Positions 24,495 to 38,019 of a DNA stretch of 64,000 nucleotides are shown here, in pieces. Both the position numbers and the translations under genes were made by a program. Each line of letters opens with the position of its first letter. The stretch's first letter is position 1. The DNA comes from Vicugna vicugna (lineage: Eukaryota): contig MU059052.1 of the NCBI GenBank assembly GCA_013265495.1, positions 7,136,718 through 7,200,717 of the forward strand, written 5' to 3'. The notes under the pieces are model-generated. The model ran no database searches. It had not been told where the DNA came from and saw nothing but the letters and a program-made list of their open reading frames with translations.

Positions 24495-27349
24495 GTATTA
24501 TTACTAAGGAAGAGATCTGATTTCCTTGTAATTGATTGAAAACAAACATTTTTCCATGCCTGTGTGCCCTCCTAGACCACCTCCCTCTTTATCCTGAAAC
24601 AATCTCCCTGCAAGGCAAATTTGCACCAATCCTCTAGGTTTCAAGTAATTCCTTAAATTCTCTGCTAGACTTACCTTACCACTCCAGGCATGATCTAGTA
24701 GCCCCCTTATACAAACAGTGCTTTGTGTCATCCTCTTGAAAGCACCACAAAAAGTTAAATTGTCCCTTTCTGTCTTTATATTCTCCATACACACAGTATA
24801 GAGTAAAAAACTGAATGTTTGAGTGAATTGCTCAATGAATATTTGAATGACAAATGACAGAAAGGAAAGGGACAAAAGGAAGCAAAGAAAGAGTAAGGGA
24901 GAAAAGAAAGAAGAAAGTCAAAAATGATTAATTTCTTTCTACAGCCTGCTCTTGGACATCTTCGGTTACCCTCAATATTTTTCATCCTTCTCATACGACC
25001 TGGGTGATGAAACATGTTAAAGTATTTGTCTACAGTCTTCTTAAACTTGAGGTTTAAGCAATATATGCAATATAGGTTAACATGCAATGCAAGTATTGGA
25101 TATAAAATGATCACACTGTTGAAGATTTTGTAGTGAAATTTGATTGAGATAAAAACTGATTGAACCTAGATTTTTTTAAACAAACTTTTGCCATTACTCT
25201 TCACTAAAGATTAGGCAACTCTAAAATATTTTGTTAGATACCCTATCCTGTGTTACATGTCTTTATCATTTTTAATGTGAGAATCAAGACCAGGACACCA
25301 TATCTGTCTTCTTGTCAATGCCTTCATGCAGGTAATTCTTGGATATCCTACAAGTAAGAGGTCATGAAAACCATTTTCTGAAATGATGTTATTATGTCTC
25401 ACATGAAGAGACACCATTTATGGCTAGATAATTCATGTGGCTGCCTTCTGAATGGCTAAGGCTCCTCAGCCAGTTTACTTCCTGGTCACCTCCTGTGCAA
25501 TCATTTTAAAACATGATTTGCTATTGGACCCTATATAGTTGACAATGACACAGAGAGAAATAAACTCCTGTATTTTTTATACTTTCAAAGGAGGCAGCCC
25601 AATATGTAGCACGTGGGCTCTGCAGGGAGACAGCTTAGGGTACGCTGGTTTTAAATTGTTACTCCACATTTGCAGACAAATGAAGGACAAAACAGTGTTG
25701 GCCTCCATACACATGATGTAATTACAGATGCAAGTTTAGTCTTAGAGAAATAAATGGGACTAATGATTAAGTCAACAAGCAAGTAGAATTTTTGTTGTTT
25801 TTCTTTTGAACTTAGAATTAAGTTTTAGCTTGAAGCATTAATTCCACCTCGGTAAGCCTATTTATAAAAATGAAGTAATGCTCTCCTTTTAAATCCTGGT
25901 GAATATCTCTGAGTTCTGCTGAGCTAATTTCATGGAACTGTTACACAGAGAGGTGAGCCCTGAGAAGTCACTGAGGACGTGGAGAACACCCTGCCATGGG
26001 ACGGGAGAGGCACAGACTGTTTCCCTTTCTGGGCCCATGGAATTAGCATCATAAACATATTAATCTACTTTCATCTTTTCAGTCATTTTGGCCCTTTACA
26101 TGGCTTTTATCTGAAGTAAATTCACATCTTTTTTTTTCTTTCTTTTGTTTAATCAGAATCGTTAAATTCACACAGAAATACTTTAAGTACAATGAACAAG
26201 TCCTACAAACTCAAGGTCACCATATTCAGTCTCAGAGCTAGAACATTAGATTCTGAGACGAGAACATCAAAATTCTTCCAGATTGTCCTCCACTCATTGA
26301 CTTCAATTTATCCCTTTTCTTCCCATTTAAACAATTATTTTTTTTTCCTTCTTCACATTCCATTTCTAAAATAAAACCTTGAGCTCATGGCATTATGTTA
26401 TTCTCAAAAAAAGACTTTAAAAGAGAGATTGATTACAATGGCTGTGGTCCATGAAGACATTATAATTTCTGGATTTATTTTATTATAAATTTCAGATTTA
26501 AGTCATGGTCTTCTATTCTGGGAACACTGTGTATTTTTTTTTTAACTACAAGCCTTTTTTTTTTATTGATTTATAATCATTTTACAATGTTGTGTCAAAT
26601 TCCAGTGTAGAGTACAATTTTTCTAGTAGCTCACAGAGAAAAAAATGTGACAATGAATATATATGTATATGTTCATGTATGACTGTAAATTCATGTCTTA
26701 AATGTTGATTTTGTTCATTGTTGATTGGGTTGGCTGCTTTCCTTTGCATGGAATTTCTTCCTTGTTTGAGAATGTGGCTTTTTGGGGTCATATTGAGTGG
26801 GAGTGCTTTTCTTTGTTTGGTTTGCTCTGATTTAGTTTTGGGTTTGGTTTTCTTTTTTTTTTCCTCTTGGCTTAGTTCTTGGTCACAAGACAGCTGTTTA
26901 TCCTTTTGCCTCCCTAAGCCCATAATTTGCATAAAACCGTAATTTGGATTGCCTGGATTCTAGCTTCCTTCTAGCCCTGGGCATCCCCCGCGTCAAGCAG
27001 CAGGGTTGGAACACGGGCACTGAGTGCCACCCCTGCTGCCAGCTTGTGGCTCAGGGGCCCCGAGCTTACTCACATTCAGCCACACTTTCCAATTCGAATT
27101 TACGTTCCTTTTCTGGTCCACAGAGATATTTGGTTTGCTTTGGCATAAGCTCGGTGTCGTTTTTTTGTTTTGTTTTGTTTTTTTCTTTTTCTATCTTATC
27201 TCTCACTATGAAATGTTAAGAGCAGAGACCTTCAAAACAGCAACTTGACACAGCCATTGTGACCGGACTTCCCCAGGGTTCTTACATTATCAAGAGTTCT
27301 TTGCTATTGAGTCAGAGCCTCAAAATAGGTTAAAAACCCTCCAAAGATT

Positions 27350-27500
27350 CCACGGTTCTCAAATTTTCATATGCCCAAGGGTCATTACAGGACTTTGTTA
27401 CAAAGTAGATTCCCAGACTCCATCTCTAGAGATTCCAGTGCAATATGTTTGGAGATGGGGGCTAACATCTACAGTTTCAATAATCCATCTAAGTGATCTG
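27350..27500. mobile_element. MER5-family hAT MITE
   Basis: cacggttctcaaattt...gattcccagactccatctctagagattc...aagtgatct. Confidence 0.65.
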
Positions 27501-29499
27501 GCCCAACAATGAAGAACTGATATATTCTCAGAAGCCAATAGCTAGAGCACACTATAATTCAAGTATGAAGAGGATCGATCACTGTGGCCAAGAACTCTAT
27601 TCTTGTGCAATGGACAGCTACTTGTATGACCCACCAAGATTCAGGACATTCTGTGAAGAAAGGGAAGAAAGAGAGGATGTTCTACTGAATGTAGGTCCAA
27701 TGTGAGAAATAGAAACGCAGCCAGCACATTCCTGGAGAGTTCTGTGTAGCATGGCTACCAGAAAGAAATCTCAGACTAAATGTGCAACACAAAGGAAAAA
27801 AATTATATATGTCTAATATGTGTGTTTCCTATTAATTAAACATCTTACTATAACTGGTGAGAGTGTTTGTCTTATATTCTAGAAATTCCCATGAGTACTG
27901 GAAAAGCAGAACAGGAATATGCCATTCAACAATATTCTGTGAAATAATCATCTGTGGGAATTAAAATTAGATGGATTAAGGCATTAAGTTTATACTGAAA
28001 AGAGCTTGGCTAATAAGTGGCTTAATGACAGTGTTGTGGGACAATGAAACAGTAGGTAACAGGTGGCTGATGAGCTCAACTGTATTGATGTGAAAGTTCT
28101 TCACTACTAAGAAAACGGCAAAGGCTTTTTTTAAAAAATCCATTCATAGGTCACTCTATATTATAAATTATAAAATAAGTGAGCAACTGGCATCTCAGGA
28201 GCTTCTGATTTGCAGCAGCTAAATGGTTCCAATCCTATTCTGAGGCATTAGTGCAAAGAAACAGTACTTAGCCTTGGGAATTGGCAATCAGATCATTCTG
28301 CATGTGTGTGTATATGTGCTGTGTCCCTTTGCCAAAGGATGTGTCCAAGAGTTCTAGGTTGAGCAAGTTATAATCATTCCTTAAGAAAATAAACCTTGAT
28401 TTCTACAAAAGTTCATCTATGCCTTTTGATCTCTAAATCATCTTAGTACATGATGGGAGAAAAGGACAAAAACCTGCTTGCTTTTTCTACTGCAGTCTTT
28501 AAAGGGACCAGGTGTGGTGTGGAAGATGTAGAATAGTTTCCTCCATGGCTGAAGCTAGAATCTCCACTGGGGCCGCGGTACACTTCAGCTATCTGTGGTC
28601 CTGTCACAGGAGTTCAGGCCAGGGGAAGACAGGACAAGTGCTTCCTAACTTGGGTTTACATTTTTCGTTTGTGATACCCCCACATGAAAGAAATCTGAAC
28701 ATGGCTATGTGTAAAAGGAAGATCTGAATGAAAGAAACGGTTTATAAACTGAACCTACATTGGGAGAACTTCATTTGATAGAAAGATATATTTTGAAGAC
28801 TGCTCTCCAGGAATATGCAGTCAAGAAATTAATATGAAAGATCATAGACTTTTTTAGTACAGTCAACACAGTGCTTAAGACTGGCAAATTTACCTGAAGT
28901 ATTAAGAAATATACATCGTCTTTTACCAGCAAAGTACTGCATATTCTCCAAGATTTTTTTTAACCAGAAATATCCTTCTGATAACTGTTTTTATGAATGT
29001 GGCAATATACTATGGAAATCTCTGATGAGTAACTAAGGAAGTGAAAAGTAAAATTAGAAAACAGAGCATGTCTTTTGAGAGACTGATTTGAAAAGCACGG
29101 TGTCAATATATAAACATGCCATATTAAAATGCCAATTTTTATGGATGTGGTGTTTGAGTGACTTCATGTGGGGGCAATAAAGCTCAGTGGCTAATTTATG
29201 GTACTTACAGACAAATCTTGGATCAACTGGATGCAGGCTCTATCCTTGTACTAATTATATGACCTTGAACTTTATAGCATCCTTTCTCATTTGCATAAAG
29301 GAATTTTGCAAGATAACTAGGACGGAGCCTTCACTCTAGCTCCCCTGGAAGTATGTGTGGAGGGATGAAGGGGAGAAGAGGTAGCAATGGTAATAAAAGG
29401 TGGGGGGGATGAGACGGGAGAAGCAATTTAATACAGCATGTTATGCACAATGTCCTGTTCTAGGTATCAGATATCAAAACACAATTGGTCAGTATTCTG

Positions 29500-29852
29500 A
29501 AATCCAGTAGATTTAAACTTATTGTGGTGGACAAGGAGATTCACTGCAATTATTGTCCAGAGGCTAGGAATACTGTCTTCAGGAAGCCTCCAGCTGTCAG
29601 GGGCAAGGTTTACCTTTCCCAAGGTGGTCCACAGCCAGTGACCGATGAAGGCAGAAGTATAGTAGCCCAACCTTTCCAGCTTGCTGGGACATATATGCCA
29701 GGGTTGGCCAAGGCTTTGTGAGGCTTTTAACCTCTCCCCCTGCCCAATCCTACTTCCTGCTCATCTCTTCCACAGGTGTTGATCCCTAAAAATACCTTGT
29801 CCCCAAAACTCATCTCAATCTCAAATCCTAGAGAAAGAAGTCAACCTGTGAC
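29500..29852 (+). mobile_element. LTR16-family ERVL solo LTR
   Basis: cccaaggt...ctccccctgcccaatcctacttcc...ccacaggtgttgatccc...aactcatctca...caacctgtgaca. Confidence 0.7.
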
Positions 29853-30844
29853 ACACACTACAGATTCTGGCTGTAGCTACAGAGATGTGCTATCCTGGGA
29901 AGCAAGACTAGTAGACACTGAGCTTCCTACCTCCAGACTTCATACAACTTTGGGGTAGAAAGTGTAAGGTTCATAAAACAAAATGGTGTTACAGAAGCTC
30001 TGTGAATGTTTGTCCAAATACTCAAGGTGCAGAACTCTTACAAAGTAATGTCTCTATACCCAGGTTATACAAACAGTGGCCAGAACCACAAACAAAAGGA
30101 ACGTCCTGAGACAGAGATAAATGGATGCCATTGTGTGGCAATCATCTTGAGAAATCTCTCCCAGTAGCAGTGATAGATTTGCACAGATTCATTACACTTT
30201 TTTTTTTTGTCTTCTGCCATTGCATTCTTTTTCTGTCTTGTTTCCAAGGTAAGCATTTGCTATATGGCATGCTGGGCTGGGGATATAATCTCTGATCAAG
30301 GAATTTAGTGACAATTGATACCCTATTTTGAGATTATTCTTCACGGTGAGCTAATCAGAACTGATGGTAGAGTTGTGTCCAAAATGTTACTGTTGAGACT
30401 TTTTATCTGGAGATTGCCTGCTAGGCCAATGGCAGGATATAAAAATTGTTGTTCTTAGAATGTTATTATTATCATAATATAAATTATGAAAAACGTAATA
30501 AAACATTTACGTATTCAGCCAAGAGTGTGACCCTCTTTCACCTGTTTAACATAGCAGAATTAATTAAAGTGAGACTGTAACATACGATCAAACGTACTAA
30601 GGTAAATCATCAAATATCAGAAAGTCAAGTCTGAGTGATCGGGCTGGGCTTGGCAAGGTAAGTACCATTTTCTTACAAAGCAGAAGATAAAAAGAAGCAA
30701 GGTCAGAAATGTAAGAACTAAATTAGGTCACCAAAGCAAACTCAAGTTTGAGAACACAGGGCTGTAAATAAAGAGGGACAGTGGAAACACTATATCAAAT
30801 ATCCACAGACAGGTCAAAGTAGTCATTAACAGTAGTATGATAAG

Positions 30845-31035
30845 AATAAGAATAATAGCATTTAATGAGCATTAACTACATGCTGTCCACTGGGGTAAAC
30901 AGTCTACATGGATGTGGTAACTATAATTATTACCCTTATTTCACTAGGCCTGGGGAGGTTAAGTAACTGACTTAGTCACATGACTAATGAGGAGTGGAAG
31001 CAGGATTTTAACCCATGAGCATATTCTAAGACCCA
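30845..31035 (-). mobile_element. MIR SINE
   Basis: aatagcatttaatgagcattaactacatgc...ccttatttcac...gaggttaagtaactgac...gcaggatttaaccca. Confidence 0.75.
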
Positions 31036-31892
31036 TGCTATTAACTATTATTCATCACTGTCGCTCCATGGAAAAACCCAAGAAATAGAGTATCAGGAGA
31101 AAAAGGAAAGTGACTTAGGGAACTTGTAACAGTTGACTCTACCTGTAAACAGTAGTGTTTTCATCATCCAACAAGGCTTTATAGATTAACCCTTTAATGC
31201 TGAGTTAACTTGTCCAGACAAACAATTGATTTAAATTGGTCAACATTAATGATACTTTAGTCTACATGTACAGTAAGCATCACTTTTAGAAAAAGATAAT
31301 CATGGATAAATTTTCGTTACACAAAATTGCTATTTGCCTAATCCCACTCTCTGAGTTGAGGGCACTTCTATAATAATATAGGACAGTTGTATAAAATATA
31401 TACTTATATATAAAATGTGCTATATAATATATAAGACATCATATGCTTCATGAAAATAATAAAAATAGGCATTAAAAATGATTTACCCAACCGCAACAGA
31501 AAATAACTATATACCATCCATTATACAATTACTGCAAGCATATAAAACAAGTTAAATTATTTAGGGTGCGGTTCTGAGTTATCAGTGCCAAAGTAGATAG
31601 AACTCTTTACCAAATACAGTTGAAAGAATTTCTTTAAAATAAGTCCATTCTAGATCTTTCCTTCCTTGTATCAACTGGTTTCCCCTGGTCCTCTTTCTTA
31701 TAACCTACCATGTTCTTTCCCCAAGCACCGAACTCTATCTCTGTTCCTTCACTGTTGAAGGAAGTGACGGTATAGGTCAGAATGAAATAGATCATCCATT
31801 AGCCAGTCAAGAACTCACACAAAATGGAAAAAGAACACACAAGGACGACCTCACTTCAGTTTTAAATGATCTATTCCAACCCACACAGAGCC

Positions 31893-31900
31893 TTTCTCTT

Positions 31901-31935
<35 letters not shown>
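31893..31935. repeat. Compound (CT)n(GT)n microsatellite
   Basis: tttctctttctctctctctctctctctctgtgtgtgtgtgt. Confidence 0.95.
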
Positions 31936-32117
31936 TGGGTGTCGAAGTAAAGTTTCAGAGGTGTGTTTTCTATACCATTTCACTAATCCTTTCAACTTTT
32001 GTTTGGACTCTTGGGGTCCCTCTAGTGACTGCCTTGTGCAGTGATAGACAAACCTCTCCCTTTTCCTTCTATTTTTCCCTGTCCTCCATGGCCCCTCAGT
32101 CTGTTCAAACCCTTTGT

Positions 32118-32181
32118 CTTAAACACTAGCAAAAAAATTCAGAGAGCCTAATGCATTTAGCCTATTCAATTTTTTCAATTA
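32118..32181 (+). repeat. 64-bp direct repeat, copy 1
   Basis: cttaaacactagcaaaaaaattcagagagcctaatgcatttagcctattcaattttttcaatta; 62/64 identical to 32863-32926. Confidence 0.97.
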
Positions 32182-32862
32182 ACCGCCACCTTCCAACATT
32201 CACACACCTTTCTTTCCACCCTCAGTCACCATGGAGAGCTGTTGATGTGCTTTATTGTGTTCTACTGCCTCTTAGCCACAGAGGTTCCAGACCTACCAAG
32301 CAGTTCTGAGTGGACTGTTAAGACCCAAGCAGATAACACAGCTCCCAGAGATTACAAATTAAAAGAGAATCCATCTTATCATCATGCTCAGAGCTGATTG
32401 CAAAGGCAGTTTCCTGTGTCTCTGCCTGAGCTGTGGCTATGACATGGGTGTCTTAGTGTCTTGAGTCACTACAAATGGGCTCTCTCCACTAAGCAGAAAT
32501 CTTTTATAACATTTGCTCAAAAACAAATGAACATTATCTATGAATATAAAACTTGGGGAGATTATTATTGAATCATTTTATATTCATCTGTGTGTCAGGG
32601 TGTGGTGGGGGTGAGGTCTACACTTAACCACAATCTATAAACTCAGTACACAAATTACCTTTAAAAATAGATTTAAAGGTAAAATGATTGTTTTAGATTC
32701 ACAGATTGATAGCATTGTTTTAATCAGGAAAAATATATTTTAATCATTCTCTTTGGATTCGCTCATCTGTACAGGGAGGAAAAGGAAAAGCTGGACTATG
32801 AGCTCATTGCTATTCTTTCCAGTGCTAAGATCCTATGATAATAAAACGCTTTGTGAGCGTTG

Positions 32863-32926
32863 CTTAAATACTAGCAAAAAAATTCAGAGAGCCTAATGTA
32901 TTTAGCCTATTCAATTTTTTCAATTA
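32863..32926 (+). repeat. 64-bp direct repeat, copy 2
   Basis: cttaaatactagcaaaaaaattcagagagcctaatgtatttagcctattcaattttttcaatta; two C/T differences from copy 1. Confidence 0.97.
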
Positions 32927-35203
32927 TTTTCTATTTTGGAACTGTTGAAATGAATTACTATGTAATAGCTTTTTGTATTATGTAAGAGCTGACTTTATTA
33001 GAAACCACCTTATGGTTTCTGGTGAACATTTGCCCATATTGTGAAGTCATCATATAATCTGGCACAGTGGATACCTTATATTTATAAGAAATTTAGGACT
33101 ATGGCCATATTGCAGCTCATAACTAACATATTTTGGCAAAGAAATGTTTATTCTTGTTTTATGAAAAATCATTTATTTACACTAGGCCAGCAGGGTGCTG
33201 ACACTGTGTTTGTTGTGTAACAAAAAGTCACCCACTGCCATATTTTTCCCAAGCTAGAGTTTTAAATTAGAAAGCTGTATTCAGAAGGACATACATATCT
33301 TAGTGGACAATTTCTAATGCAAATGTATATACAAAAAGAAAATTTTTCCTTTCAGGACAATGCTGTCTTGTCACAATCAAATATCATTAAAAAAAATGTT
33401 CTAACAACATCCATTGAGAATCAGTTCTTTATGCTATCAAAAAAGGTAATGAGAGCATAATGAAAACCCATCTAGAATGGTACAAAAGAGTCATAATTAT
33501 GCTGATATAAACATGATACTGTTTATATGTCTAGAAAGAAAGTGTACCATTTTCTTACTTACAAGTGTCAGTGATAGAACACTTGAAGATATGTTTTGAA
33601 AGAGGCATTCATTATGGTCAAGGAGAATTATATGGTTAAAAAAAAAACTGTACACCATTTTGAAAAATTATTCCAGAAGGCTCTAATATGGCTTTTTATG
33701 ATTTACCCACATAAATTATTTTTATTTTCCAATAGTTCTTCAGTGTGGCAGAATAAGGTCAAAGCATTTGAAGCACCATTCTTTAAAAAAAAAAAAAAAA
33801 GCTGTCCCTTTAAGAATCTCTGAGACAGTTAACTTATGGTGGAATTCTTTCTTCACGGATTTCCAAACATAAGTGAAGAAATTTTTAATATATTTTAATA
33901 AAAACCAAAAAAAGTTTTTCATTTGATGAGAGGTGCTAAGATAGTTTAGAAATGTTAACAATATTTGTTAGTTTACTTCTGCATATCCTTTCCGATTTTC
34001 TACCTTATGCTATAAACACTTTTCTAAGGCTACGAGTTTAACTGTGAGTAAAACAAAGTTCCTGTTCTTTTGAGTAGTTTATATTCTAGTGGAAGGAGGT
34101 AATTATAAATGAACTAAAAAGAAAAACAGATACTGTCTGAATATTTCATTAGTCACAAAATCACAATTTTTTTTAACTGAAGAGTTCTAATAACTACCTA
34201 TTTAACAAAATCTATTCTTATTTTCATAATCAATTCTTATTTTAAGATTCAGATGAAAATATTCTTAGTTTTATAGTAAAAGTGCTAAGGCTAAGAGAAG
34301 TTAAAATATTCGACCAGAATCACAGGCAGGTAGGCCTTATATTCACCTAATATCATGAGAAGAGTGTTTAAAAATAATTTTGAAACAATACATAAAGTCA
34401 AAGTACAAGTAAAAATGTATGACGCTAGAATTTAAAACAGAAGATGCTATAAATGATATGAATAAGGACAAAGGTCACATCAATAAAATTCAAACATGAA
34501 TATCTGAAAGACAAGAGAAAGAAAATGTGACGAGATAAAAGAAAAAAGTAATGCTTTGAGGAATGAATAATTCCATTTCAGCAAGAGGTCTTGATTCATA
34601 ATTTTTTCCCTCTCTCTTTAATTGGTCCAGAAATTGGGGTGGTGGAGCTCTCCACATCACTGCTGGGCTTGTTTACATGCTTTTGCACATTCACATTAAA
34701 AACAAACAAAAAACCATCAGAAAAGCGTCCCTGATTAAGACTGCTTCATACCACAGCAAAGTGGGGAGCATAAATACTGGCAGTAATTATAAGGGAGAGT
34801 CTAAAAGTGACAAGAAGGTGATATTTACACAAATTTGATAAACCCAATTAGGTAGATAAAGGTAAATTATTACGAAGAAAAGCAGAGAAAGATTTTTGTG
34901 GTGAACAGGAATTCCAGCTACTTACACAATTAACAATCACTGTCTTTGGTTGCTGAATGAATCAATTCATGGGCCCAGGATTTACCAGGGGGAAAAAAAA
35001 CTTTTTGTTTTTATTTTTCATTATTCTTTACAATTAAGTTCAAATTTTTGTAGAGCTAAGAAGCTGTATATTACACATCTATCACTTTTTTTTTTTTTGG
35101 TCTTCTTTGAGTGCATCGCCTATTTTTAAATGATTGATAAAAATTGTTAAATAAGGCAAATACTGTACATGCTACAGTGTAATGAGGCCTAACAGGCAGG
35201 GGG

Positions 35204-35375
35204 NNNNNNNNNNNNNNNNNNNNNNNNNNNNNNNNNNNNNNNNNNNNNNNNNNNNNNNNNNNNNNNNNNNNNNNNNNNNNNNNNNNNNNNNNNNNNNNNN
35301 NNNNNNNNNNNNNNNNNNNNNNNNNNNNNNNNNNNNNNNNNNNNNNNNNNNNNNNNNNNNNNNNNNNNNNNNNNN
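35204..35375. other. N block (172 nt), content unknown
   Basis: Run of N. Confidence 0.95.
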
Positions 35376-36589
35376 AAGTACCAAATCAAGTATCATTTAT
35401 TTAAAAATTACATCTTGTAAGGTCTATGATATGCCAGAGATGCTAGTTAGAAGGGACTGACTGTAGTGCTGGTAATTTATACCTATCTTTTTAAGACGAC
35501 TCTTATCTGCCTTCAGATATACAGGTGATATCTGCAGTTTAAAGGTTAGTTGGGATGGTACATACTTATTTTTAGGAACAACTCAGATGTTACTGTTTTA
35601 AACTTAAGCTCTGGTTAGGATTATTTAAAACATTTCCTGGGAAATGTGTGAGAGGGAAAATGAATGAGAAGCTTTCATGTTATGAAGTTAATAAATAGTG
35701 ATAACATGGGGAAAACAGTTGTTCTCGTTAGTAATCATATAAAATATTTTAAGGGAGTATCACCTTGTGTATGATGATTGGACATTCTGTCTCACACTTC
35801 ATTTGAAAACAAAAAGTTTCACAGGCAGAATAAACACTAACATAAAACTTGTTAGACTACGTGGCAGCACTTTCTAACCCTTTCTCTCTTTTCTTGAGTC
35901 CATTATACCTACAAGGTAAGGAAGAGCTGAAGAGACTAATTACACAGGGAAGACTCAACTATAAAATCTTGGTGGCTTATCTAAGGAAATGCTTTTAATA
36001 CGTGATGAAGATAGAATTCAAACTTAATTCTCCTGGTTCCCAACCTAGTAGTTTTTCAAGTGAACTTTTGCTGAGGACATATGTAACCAGTGTTTTACCA
36101 TGCTGTAAATCGAAAACTCCCAAATCTTAAACATAATACTTTAAAGAGATCACTGTAAAATTACTAACACTGTTATCAGTTATTGAGTGTATCCAGTGTA
36201 TAGAGAACTTGCTAAATCTCAACTAAGAAAAACCTGCAGTTGCAGGTAACTTTCCTTACCTGCATTTACAAAACAATTAGAATTATATTCGTTGAGTTTT
36301 TTCTGATTACAAAAGTGTTACAAATTAATTGAAATTTTGGAGCAATTAAAAAGTATGAAAATAAATAGAAAAATCAATAATCTTATTGCTACGAGTTATT
36401 TAATATATGTTGTAGTTCTTTTCATTTTTCTATGTATCCACATATATGCCTATCTTTAATATTAGGAAATTTATCTTTTAATATGGGTAATATGGGGCAA
36501 TTTTTAAAACTTTAATATGGTCAATTTTACCAATCTTTGATGTTGTTAACTTTCCCTTTTTTTTTAGAAACTCCATTCACAAATTGAAA

Positions 36590-36800
36590 ATAAATTTTTT
36601 TCAACATGTATAAATAAGGATTAATTTTTTTAATATATCAAGAATTTTCACAAGCCATGAAAAAAATAAGAACACAGAAACAGAAAAAAATGATTAAAGA
36701 TCCTAGACAATTCACAAGTGAATAAATATAAATGGCTGAGAAAGATTTAACAAGTGATTACTATATTTAGTAACAAAGGGAATGCACAGTCAAACAACAA
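36590..36800 (+). mobile_element. L1M ORF2 3' fragment
   Basis: gatcctagacaattcacaagtgaataaatataaatggctg...tttagtaacaaagggaatgcac. Confidence 0.55.
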
Positions 36801-37254
36801 TAAGTAGTAAGAGTAAGAATGAGAATAAAGGTAGGGAGAGTAAGGGCAAAAGCAGAGGAGAGAAAAGGAAGAAGGCTGAGTGTGGACAGGGTTAATAAGA
36901 GCATGACACTTCAATCACAAAAAAAAAAAAAAGGAAAGAAAAATTCTGGAGAAAAGGAAAAAAAAAAACTTTGGAGAAAGAATTAAAACCTAAGCGGATT
37001 CTACACTTGTGAAAAGAAGAGCATGATGAATCATCTCACACACCATTTGCAGCAGATCATGAGCAGTGGTGGCACAGGACTGATGGGGAGAAGGTAAGTT
37101 GGGAAGAAAATACAAACCAGAGTGATGTCATCAGGAATCTCATTCAGGGGAGCTCAGTGGAAATGGAGAGGAAAACCACTGATTGGATTAACTGCATCTG
37201 ATGTTTGGTTGGGGGATCCCCTGCCCCCGCGTATGGTATCTGATTTAAGCTGCA

Positions 37255-37370
37255 TACGGACCTTGGGAGGAAGCTACACTTTATACATTGAGGAATTTGA
37301 ACTCAGAAATGTGATATGCCCCACGCAGTATTGCTGCAAGGTGGCAAAGCTAGGACTGAACTCAAATGCT
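37255..37370 (-). mobile_element. MIR SINE fragment
   Basis: acattgaggaatttgaactcagaaatgtgatatgccccacg...gcaaagctaggactgaactc. Confidence 0.55.
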
Positions 37371-38019
37371 TTGTCATTTCAAGTCTTTGTGTACTACCTA
37401 TTCTGTCTTGTTGGGTAGGAAACAGGATATAATACTGAGAACATAAGCTCTAAGGGCGAGAGTAAGCAGTACAATTTTTCTTTGAATTTTTTCTTAAAAA
37501 CCCTCCTGTTACTATGGCTATGAATACAAGTGTGGGAGCCCCACACCTGGAAGAATAGCAGCTCGGGCAAAAACTGCAGTCCTATGGAGGACATACAGTG
37601 TGTACGTGTACAGCAGCTACTTGGAATTCGGGTCTTAAGTTAGGAAAAGGGATGAAGGCTGAAACAGCTTTCTAGAGCTGATGATAAAGACTTGAGATGT
37701 AAGATAACTAAGGAAGACAGTAGAGGGGGGAAGAAAAGAGGGTTGGAAGAATATATCTTACACCAATTCCACATTTAAGGAACAGTGATTTAAAAAGGGA
37801 CAACTGTGGCTAAATGACATAGGAAACCTTTCATGCCTTCTTTGTTATTTCCTCCATCGCCCAAATCTTACTCAACTGCATCCCTTTTAAGCTCCAACCA
37901 GCTTAATCATCTTGCTATTCTTTGCCCTGATTTTTCTCAATTTCGTACCTTTTTTATGCTACCCAAATATTCTACTGAAATCTCTCACATTTAATCCATA
38001 TGGAAAGATTAGAACAGCT

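Noticed and set aside
27024-27042. CTCF site (minus strand GGCAGCAGGGGTGGCAC)
   Set aside because: It has three mismatches to the CCASYAGRKGGC core, including key positions.
29467-29958. ORFs with a sulfatase-like LGYYTSAFIGHW motif and splice-like sites
   Set aside because: The region is colinear with an LTR16-family LTR, so the motif resemblance is coincidental.
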